Source: Flaccisagitta enflata (taxonomy: Eukaryota). Taken from it: a stretch of 64,000 nucleotides of DNA. The DNA is taken from NCBI GenBank assembly GCA_965153355.1, contig OZ231126.1, forward strand, positions 25,234,001 through 25,298,000, read 5' to 3'. Below, in pieces: positions 54,561 through 64,000 of this stretch (positions are counted from its first letter, which is position 1; each line of letters opens with the position of its first letter). The translations under genes were made by a program, and so were the position numbers. The notes beneath the pieces were generated by a model that saw nothing but the letters and a program-made list of their open reading frames with translations, did no database searches and had not been told where the DNA came from.

Positions 54561-55878
54561 AACATGGCCAACACCTATAAGTCGCGTGCAGGACAAAAAT
54601 AACTGAACTGACCTGACTCCTTATTGTATCTTTTTATTGAAAATCAGACTTAAACCAGACCCAAACCAGACTCAAACCAGACCCAAACCAGACTCAAACC
54701 AGACTCAAACCAGAATTAAACCAGACCAAAACCAGACCAAAACCAGACCTAAACCAGACCTAAACCAGACCGAAACCAGACCTAAACCAGACATAAATCA
54801 GACATGAACCAGACTTAAACCAGACATTAACCAGACTTAAACCAGACGCAAGCCAGACTCAATCCAGACTCTAACCAGACTCTAACTAGACTCAAACCAG
54901 ACTTAAACCAGACTAAAACCATTAACCACAAGCCAGACTTAAACCAGACTTAAGCCAGACTTAAACCAGCTTAAACCACCCAAACCAGACCAAAACCAGC
55001 AGACTTAAACCAGCGACTTAAACCAGCAGACAAACAGCGAGCTTCACCAGCAGACTTAAACCAACAGACTTAAACCAGCAGACCTAAACCAGCAGACCTA
55101 AACCAGCAGACCTAAACCAGCAGACATAAACCAGCAGACATAAACCAGCAGACTTAAACCAGCAGACTTTAACCAGCAGACTTAAACCAGCAGACTTAAA
55201 CCAGCAGACTTAAACCAGCAGACTTAAACCAGCAGACGTTAACCAGCAGACGTAAACGCAGACGTAAAAAAAGACTGAAAATGACCGAAAATGACCGAAA
55301 ATGACCAAAATGACCAAAATGACCAAAAATGACCAAAAATGACCAAAAATGACCAAAAATGACCAAAAATGACCAAAAATGATCAAAAATGATCAAAAAT
55401 GATCAAAAATGACCAAAAATGACCAAAATGACCAAAAATGACCAAAAATGACCAAAAATGACCAAAAAGTCCAAAAATGACCAAAAATGACCAAAAATGA
55501 CCAAAAATGACCAAAAATGACCATAAATGACCAAAAATGACCGAAATGACCAAAAATTGATGAAATGACCAAAATGACCAAAATGACCAAAAATGATCAA
55601 AAATGACCAAAAATGACCAAAAATGACCAAAAATGATCAAAAATGATCAAAAATGATCAAAAATGATCAAAAATGACCAAAATGACCAAAATGACCAAAA
55701 TGACCAACATGACCAAAAATGAAAAAAATGACCAAAAACAACCAATAATTCTCAAAAACACAAAAAAAATGATTCAAAATAACAAAAATCGATGCAAAAA
55801 AGCAAAGTGTTACGGACGGACCGACCGACCGACGGACCGACGGAGCGGGTTGTAGAGTCGCGTGCACGCGACTAAAAA
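54561..55878 (-). mobile_element. HINE-like element (family A ends) carrying three successive minisatellite arrays
   Basis: Left aacatggccaacacctataAGTCGCGTG; right gtagAGTCGCGTGCACGCGACTaaaa; arrays aaaccagactc (11 bp), aaaccagcagactt (14 bp) and aaaaatgacc (9-10 bp). Confidence 0.8.
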
Positions 55879-56207
55879 TAAAAGAAGAAAAGTCGGCGAG
55901 GGGAAGATAAAGTAATTTCTTGCGCGACAATCTATCGTTAGGAAAAATGAGAGATCGGAATGACATTTGCATTTTTCGAATTAATCGAGAAAAACAAGTT
56001 CCTAATTTGCATGAAAATGAGAAGAAGGGCGTCGGAAAGATAAAAGAAGCGTATTCAGTTCTTGAGCTTGATCGATATGAAAATTAAGAAAAAGATGGAA
56101 AAAATAGAGAACCTGGATATACAGTAGAAAGGGAAATGAAAGATCATCAATGCATAGATTAGAATACCAGCTACTGCATACGATTCATGTGGTATGTGAT
56201 ACCTTGT

Positions 56208-56256
<49 letters not shown>

Positions 56257-56257
56257 C

Positions 56258-56298
<41 letters not shown>

Positions 56299-56483
56299 TT
56301 CTGGGCGGGGTTGATTGATTATGATTGTGATAAACTGTTTATCCGCCAATATTGAGGTTGTAAGACATGGACATACTCGTCCGTTAACACGGCAAAAGAT
56401 GAAGACCATGTCATTGGGTCCATGTGTTTGCCAAGTTGACTGATTGAACGCTTTGTGTCAGTTTGTCAGTCTCTCTCTCTCTT

Positions 56484-56612
<129 letters not shown>

Positions 56613-56862
56613 TTTCTTTTTTGCAATAGGAAAAAAAGAAAGCTAATGGATGTTCTCCTCCTCTTTCTCTTTTCCTGTTCCTTTTCCTCTTCTTCCTCTC
56701 CCTCTCCCTCTTCCTCCCCCCCCCCCTCAAACTCAAAGCGTTTCGGAAATTCCAAATTTGGTTTTTCTCATCATCAAAGGGAAGTCTTTTGAATCAGACT
56801 TTGAATCAGATGAGACGTGAATTGAATTCTCGCCAAAGAAGGTTTTTCTCATCTTGGGGATG

Positions 56863-57060
56863 AAAGAAGAAGAAGATGAAGAAGAAGAAGAAGAAGAAGA
56901 AGAAGAAGAAGAAGAAGAAGAAGAAGAAGAAGAAGAAGAAGAAGAAGAAGAAGAAGAAGAAGAAGAAGAAGAAGAAGAAGAAGAAGAAGAAGAAGAAAAA
57001 GAAGAAGAAGAACAAGAAGAACAAGAAGAACAAGAACAAGAACAAGAATAACAAGAAGAA
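56863..57060. repeat. (GAA)n microsatellite
   Basis: Directly visible. Confidence 0.95.
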
Positions 57061-57225
57061 CGAGAAAACGAACAAGGTGAAGAACAAGAAAAGAAATCTA
57101 AGAAGAAAAAGAAAGAATTAAGAAAAAGAAAGAAAAAAGAAAAAGAAACAGAATAAGATGAAGAAAAAAGTTTTTCCTTCACAACATGAGGTAGAAAGGA
57201 AGTAGTAACAGGAACGACACAAATA

Positions 57226-57822
57226 CTATCTAGAACATAAGTATATCGACAGTATGGGGATTGGTTAATTTAGCATTATAGGAATCATAGAAAAACCGCC
57301 AAAACATGTCAGATACTTAATATTACGTCTTTGGGTTTCAACACATATTCGTATGTGGATTTTCTAGGCACTTTAACACAAATGCTTTGTATAAATGCAT
57401 AATAACTCTCCCTCATAAAATTTTATTTAAAAAATTCCTTATCGTATGCCATGTTCTCCCTTTTGCTTCAGTTGCAATCCCAATGATTTAGAGAGGTTGA
57501 AATCAACCAAGAAAAGGTAGCAAAGGTGTTGGGCGCTGTAATCAGGACCAAAAATATGGTGGAAAAAAACTCTAATATATCTGAAAGGAGACTTAGTAAC
57601 TTGTAAAGAAACTGGATGCATTTTTTTGGCCATTTTCTAATTGAAGTATCAATCTTGTTTTGCCTGTCAATTCTAAACGCCTTGAGCTAAAAGGATGTGG
57701 TTTGCGGCATTTGTTCAGAAATTTGAAATTGTTTCAGAATCTCACTGATTTTTATATAAATTTTTTATTCTTAACAGAGTTATTGCTTAAAATGCCTGTC
57801 GATATACATATGATCTAGATAG
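57226..57822. mobile_element. TA-flanked MITE
   Basis: TA-ctatctagaacataagtatatcgacag ... ctgtcgatatacatatgatctagatag-TA: ~27-bp TIR with 2 mismatches. Confidence 0.72.
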
Positions 57823-57929
57823 TAAATGAAAAGTAGAAAGCTTAACAGAAAGTTCAGGAAATTTGGTGGAGAGGAAGTGGCACATCTTATGACGTATGGG
57901 AAGGTAGTCAACAACAACAACAACAACAA

Positions 57930-57989
<60 letters not shown>

Positions 57990-58130
57990 CGACAGCAACA
58001 ACAACAACAACGTCGACGATAACGAACATTTCTTAACGTTACCTGTTTCCTTTGACAGAGTGATTGAAAGCTTGTGAATGTGTTTTAGATGATGTTTGAA
58101 TAAACCAGACCTCATAAACACCGAATGAGT

Positions 58131-58680
58131 AATAGTCGCAAGAGCGTTAGATGGTCAGCGGTACCCAATGCCCCTTTGTGAGTGTATGTGGGTGTGAGGT
58201 GGTTAGAGGGGCAGCGCCCAAAGGGGCCGATGACCTGTGCTTGGTAAGTTTCTGGGATTTAGGCCTCAAAGCTGGGATTTGGTCCTCCAGGCTAGAATTT
58301 TGGCCTTTAGGCTGGGTTTTTGGTCTCAAGGCTGGGTTTTTGGCCTCAAGGCTGCGATTTTGGCCTCAAGGCCTGGGATTTTGGCCTCAAGGTTGGGAAT
58401 TAGATCACAAGGCTAGAATTTGGGCCTCGTGTCGGGATTTGGGCCTCAAGGCTGGGATCTGGGTCTCAGGGCTAGGTTTTGGGCCTCAAGGCTAGATTTT
58501 GGGCTTCAAGGTTGGGTTTGGGCAACAAGGCTAGGATTTGGGCCTCAAGGCTGGCATTTAGGCCTCAAGGCTGGCATTTGGGCCTCAAGAATGGGATTTG
58601 GGCCTCATGGCTGAGATTTGGGCCTCAAGGGTGGAATTTGAGCCTAAAGGCCAGGATTTAGGCCATAAGGCTGGGGGGGG
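58131..58680 (-). mobile_element. HINE-like element, family B, long 21-bp array, one end missing
   Basis: aatagtcgcaagagcgttagatggtcagcggtaccc, IR ggggcagcgcccaaaggggccgatgacctgtgctt, about 20 units like aggctgggatttgggcctca. Confidence 0.78.
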
Positions 58681-58814
58681 GTGGCGGAGGGAAAAAAGGG
58701 GACCAACTAACCAACGGACCGATAAAGCACTCTCTCAACGGGACAGAAAACAGTGAAATGACGAAGAATTTGTATGGGGCACCCTCATCAAGATCATTTT
58801 CTAAACCCAAAAAA

Positions 58815-58903
58815 AGTGTGATGGATGGAAACACCGACCGGCGGACGGACCGACGGACGGACCGACAAAGCGGGGTGTAGAGTCGCGTAGCACGATACTA
58901 AAA
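58815..58903 (-). mobile_element. Family A end fragment
   Basis: ggaccgacaaagcggggtgtagagtcgcgtagcacgatactaaaa. Confidence 0.7.
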
Positions 58904-59095
58904 ACTTTCTAGCACTCATCATACTATAAGGTTTTGCCTAAAGTGCCAATAGCGATCGCCGTGCATACACCCGACAAGAAGTGCAGAAACAAAAAGGTCG
59001 ACAGAAACCAAATTACTCAATACTCGCCATCAGGAGAGACAACTACATATTGAGAGGGGGTGTCTGGGCGGGGAGACTTCCAGAGGGAAAGAAAC

Positions 59096-59483
<388 letters not shown>

Positions 59484-59787
59484 ACACACAAACACACTCA
59501 CACGAGGATTCGAACTTAATCTCCAGCTTGCTGACTCATAAACCCATACCGCCTCATTAGTCCTGCGTCCTACGCCTCATCAGAATCTACATTATTTGAT
59601 GTTTTGGCGTTCCCGGTCTACCCCTATCTGTCTCTCGCTGCCTCTCGGCCTCTTGGTCTCCCTGTTTGTTTATCTGTCTATCCATCTGTCCGTTCTAGTC
59701 TTTGTTTCTCTTTGTTTGTTCGTCTGTCCAACAGTCTAGTATGGCTCTGTCGTTGGCTGTCTTTCTATCTGTCTGTCTGTCTTTCTA

Positions 59788-59852
<65 letters not shown>

Positions 59853-59917
59853 GAGTCTGTCTCTGTGTCTGTGTGTCTCTCTGTCTGTCTCTGTCTGTCT
59901 GTCTCTGTCTCTCTCTT

Positions 59918-60022
<105 letters not shown>

Positions 60023-60898
60023 CTCTTCCCCCCTTCTGCGCACTAGCGTGTGCGTAAGCCTGGTTGGATTACGAGGGTTTGCGTGATGTACGCACATGGA
60101 CTGCCCCCGCTCGCTATTTCTATGATTTATGATGTTGGTTGTTTCTAAGCTCCATCTGACAGACGATTCTGTCTTTAAAGCGGAATATCGCAGTAAGCTA
60201 ACTGCTATGTTTTTTTTGTTTTTGTTTTTGTTTTTGTTTTTTGTTTTTTTTTTTTTTGCCGTGCCTCCCCTTTTACAACGTTAATGATAAAAGTATGTCC
60301 TGATGTCGCGTCCCGCTTACACTCCTTGATTGGAACCTCTCATATTTTGACTCATGCCAGAACTTTCCTCCCTATATGTCTCCATCTAACCGTCATCCTC
60401 CTCCTCTGCTTCTCTCATTGAACCCTTCCCCAAATCACTGTCGCCCTTTTCCCTCTTCCCCTCCCCGTATGCGAGAGGAAGTGCACTCTTCTCTCGCTAT
60501 CTTCCGAATATCGAAGCCCTAGTAAACGCCCCCCCCCTCCCCTTCCCGCGATCATACAGACACCAAATTCTTTTCCTCCCTCTTTTCCCCTTCCCATCTG
60601 AATCAATAACTAGAACTGTCGCATAACTAGCCCCCCCCCCCCCGCGATCTCACTGTCATCCTTTTCCATCATCCCTCTCACCTTCTTCATCCTTTCTTGG
60701 TTCCTAATGTAGGAAGCTCATACACCCCTCCCCTATCTTCTAGTTTCCCCCATCCTGCCTCCCCCTTCTACCCCTTTCTTCCTCCTCTCCTCAGAATGTT
60801 GGAAGTCTTCTTTTCCTTTGCGAACTCGAGAGTCGAATTAGGATCCAAAAATCAGCGACGCGTTGAAACCGTCGAGAATTGGGCGGATCAACCCACAT

Positions 60899-61152
60899 CA
60901 ACACTGACGCCAGCAACAGCCCATTCCTGAGCCAAAAAGTTACGCCAACAGTCACGCCAAAAACACTGACGCCAGCAACAGCCCATTGCTATGCCAAAAG
61001 CTTCGCCAACAGTCACACCAACAACACTGACGCCAGCAACAGCTCATTGCTATGCCAAAGGCTACGCCAACAGCCACACCAATAACACTGACGCCAGCAA
61101 CAACCCATTCCTGACCCAAAAGTTACGACAACAGTCACGCCAACAACACTGG
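60899..61152. repeat. 61-bp minisatellite, about 4 copies
   Basis: acactgacgccagcaaca recurs at 60901, 60963, 61024 and 61085, with a partial unit at 61146. Confidence 0.9.
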
Positions 61153-62098
61153 CGTTTTCGGGCAATTTTTGCATCACTGCCCCAGCACAAAAGCTTGGCC
61201 GCCAACACCTGAGGGGTCCAAGTAGCTGTCAGACCCTCTCTAGGTATCTAAAAAGTAGCTAAGCTTGTTGCGCTACTTTCTAGATAAGTATCTAGATCAT
61301 ATTCTGTTAAAAAAATCAATAATACATCATATGGATATGTAAAAAAATGATTTGGCAATCACTGACGTAAACATCAATCGGTCTAGCAACATGGAGCAAG
61401 TCACAGAGAAAAGTTTTCAACTTTTTATATTCCTATCATATCACATTCCAAACCAAACAGTTTTATAATTTTGTATCTGTCTGTTAATCTGTTCCTCCAA
61501 ATATCTCACATGTTCGGTGCAAAATCACAATGAAAAAAAAATTTGGCGATCGTTTGTTTCCTTGTAACAGCTCAAGTATGATTTAATGAAATGAGACGCA
61601 GCTATATGAAAGGTTAATCTTACTGAAATTCAGTTAATTACTACAGCAATACAAGAAGGATAAGAATTTCTGTCGAGCTTATAAGTAACAATCGGCAACG
61701 AAATGTCAACGAAATGTCACCGCGTGAATTGAATTTGGAGCTAAACATGTGACGTATATATACGAAAGAGTAGCAAAGGAGGTTCTCAAACCACGTTTGA
61801 TTCAGCCCAGAAACGCGGTTTTTGCACAGGCGTAACAGGCATACCGACGGACGGACTGACGAACAGACTCTGCACACTTACTTTGTTTAATTGTAAATCG
61901 CGAAGTAGTATTTCTTTCGAATGGAAATCCTTGAGTTGAAATCTATCGATTTTAGCTTTTAAGTTGCTTGTCGCTATGACTAATTCTTATATGTAAGCTC
62001 TAAATCAAGGGATATCCATTTAAGGATGGATTTAAGCCCAGGATTTCACTTCGCGAATAAGACGAGTGTGTCTGACAGAGATGCATTCCTGACGGACG

Positions 62099-63018
62099 TA
62101 ACCTTGGGGAAATAAGAAATAAGAAACCTTTCTTCTGAACCTCAACGTAAGAAAAATAGGTTGAAATTGGTGATGCCTAGAAAGCTGTTGGAAAGATCGT
62201 TCATTTGAGTTGTGTCTGGAAATTCTAGCTCATATGGTTTGGAAGCTACAGTGATTTGAATAAAACTACTCATTTTCTGGTCATTTAAAGTCATAATAAA
62301 GATAGAAGACTTAATCCGATTGCCTTAAAATTTTGGGTGGTAATTAGGTTGTTTGTCATCTCATACCAGTTAGATTTTTGTGTTTATCGGATGATTTTTA
62401 CTATGGTTTTCATACTTTTTTATTCCAGATCTTAGAAAAACAGACCAAAATTGACATCCTATGCTTCAGTTGCATATATTTCTCAACTGTTTTAACAAAA
62501 CATTTTCTTTGATGATCCAGCCTAAAGATCTTTCCCAGAGCTTAAACACCATCATGAATTTGATGTGATTTTTATCAAATTTTCATAGTCAAAATGATTT
62601 AAAAAGAAACAAGTTGTCATCTCATTACCTCGGGTTTTTCTTGAAAATTTCCAAATCTTTCTCATGATAAAAATAATAGAAAAAATTGTCCGATTTGGAT
62701 AATTCTTTAGGAGCTGTTAGATGAAGGTATGTATTGCTTTCAATTCAAATTTCATCTAAATCAGAAAAGTTTTACTATGGTTTTTGGATATTCTTTTTTG
62801 AGCAATCATTCTTCACATGAGGTCAGAGCAGAAAAGGGGTAGTCTCATTTAAATAGCTCTAACTTTTTACCGGTTTGAGCCAGAGTTTCCAGACACGACT
62901 CAAATGAAAGATTTTTCAAAGAGCTTTCTAAACATACCGATTTTAATAAGTTTTTCTCAATTTAAGGTGGATAGAATTAGTTTTCAAAATTCCGCCATTT
63001 TTTATTTCCCCAAGGTTA
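62099..63018. mobile_element. Degenerate foldback/MITE with ~170-bp inverted arms
   Basis: taaccttggggaaataa / ttatttccccaaggtta termini; inner match ttcatttgagttgtgtctggaaattct / agagtttccagacacgactcaaatgaa. Confidence 0.75.
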
Positions 63019-64000
63019 TCTAAAAATGTAAGATATCAATGTGAAAGAACGATAGAGCCTTTTTACAATCGAAAATATTTGTGGCTTGTGCAACAATTTA
63101 TCCTATATAAAACTCACACAATTAGTCAAAAGGAAACAGAAATTGAACAAAATTTGGAAAAGATATGGACATTTATATAGTGTAAGCTTCCATTACATAC
63201 ACATACATACCTAATCTGTGGTCTTTTGAAACACTATCAAAAATCCTTAGGCATATACTTTTTACTAAATGTGTCATATTTTCCTATCTTAAAAAATAGA
63301 TATCTTAATATTTTATTTAAAAATAATGAATATTTTAGGGAAAGGGTGTTGTTAGAGCTGTCTTCTGGCATTGATCGGGACCATCAACTCAGCCCAATTT
63401 TGGTTAGAGTTGACCTAATTGAAAAAAAGAGAACCAAGGTGTCCATATCCCTAGTTGAGCCCCTTTATCCTAATTAGGGGGGTGGGATTTAGGAGAATTT
63501 ATACTATATATGGTTATGGTTATGATTTTTAGTGATTAAAGGGAAAAAGGCCTTCATCTTCAAAGAAGATATATCATGGGATGATAGGTCACCATGAAGG
63601 GTAAAAAAGTTTTAGTACATGTCCAAAAATTTTTTTATAAACTATCAAACCAAACAGCTTCTGGTCATCAGTTGGAGTCCTGTACCTTAAAGGGTTTCGA
63701 CCCATATATATATACATATATACATACAAAAGTATCCACATACATATATATACACCTCCATAAATCACCGTTCCATGAAGGCATTACTTGCCAGTTGTGG
63801 TGAATTTATGTCATACAGGTACAAGTTAAATGATTCAAAAGAATGCACTTGTTTCATTTTTCACTCGATTCTTTCCCACATTCGAATTCCTCCAATGCTA
63901 ACAGAGGTGTAGCCCGGGTAACTGGAATCCAAAACGCTGATGCCCAAACATTTGAAGGATCCTTTGACGCTTTTCTCCACGTCACAATATTTGCTCTGCG

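Overview
Repeat-rich animal (bilaterian, probably invertebrate) genomic DNA from a Hox locus. The only host protein-coding sequence I can support is the last exon of a Hox4/Deformed gene (+, 26051-26562: homeodomain, LPNTK motif, poly-A/poly-Q tail). I found no YPWM exon in the 26 kb upstream and no second homeobox, miR-10 or miR-993 in the window, so the locus looks very expanded. Most of the rest is microsatellites plus non-autonomous mobile elements. About 25 are Helentron-associated (HINE/DINE-1-like) elements from several sequence families that share one architecture with co-varying inverted repeats and hairpins. They carry their own minisatellite arrays, sit in head-to-tail chains and nest inside each other. 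There are also TA-flanked MITEs (one holds a tRNA-like sequence), two long foldback elements and a 5'-truncated LINE. Nearly all other ORFs are microsatellite artefacts. I see no new protein-coding system. The best candidates for novelty are the HINE families and some Hox4 cis-features (NAGNAG acceptor with a long AG-free zone, DR5 motifs, miR-10 seed matches). All analysis was by eye, so repeat boundaries are approximate.
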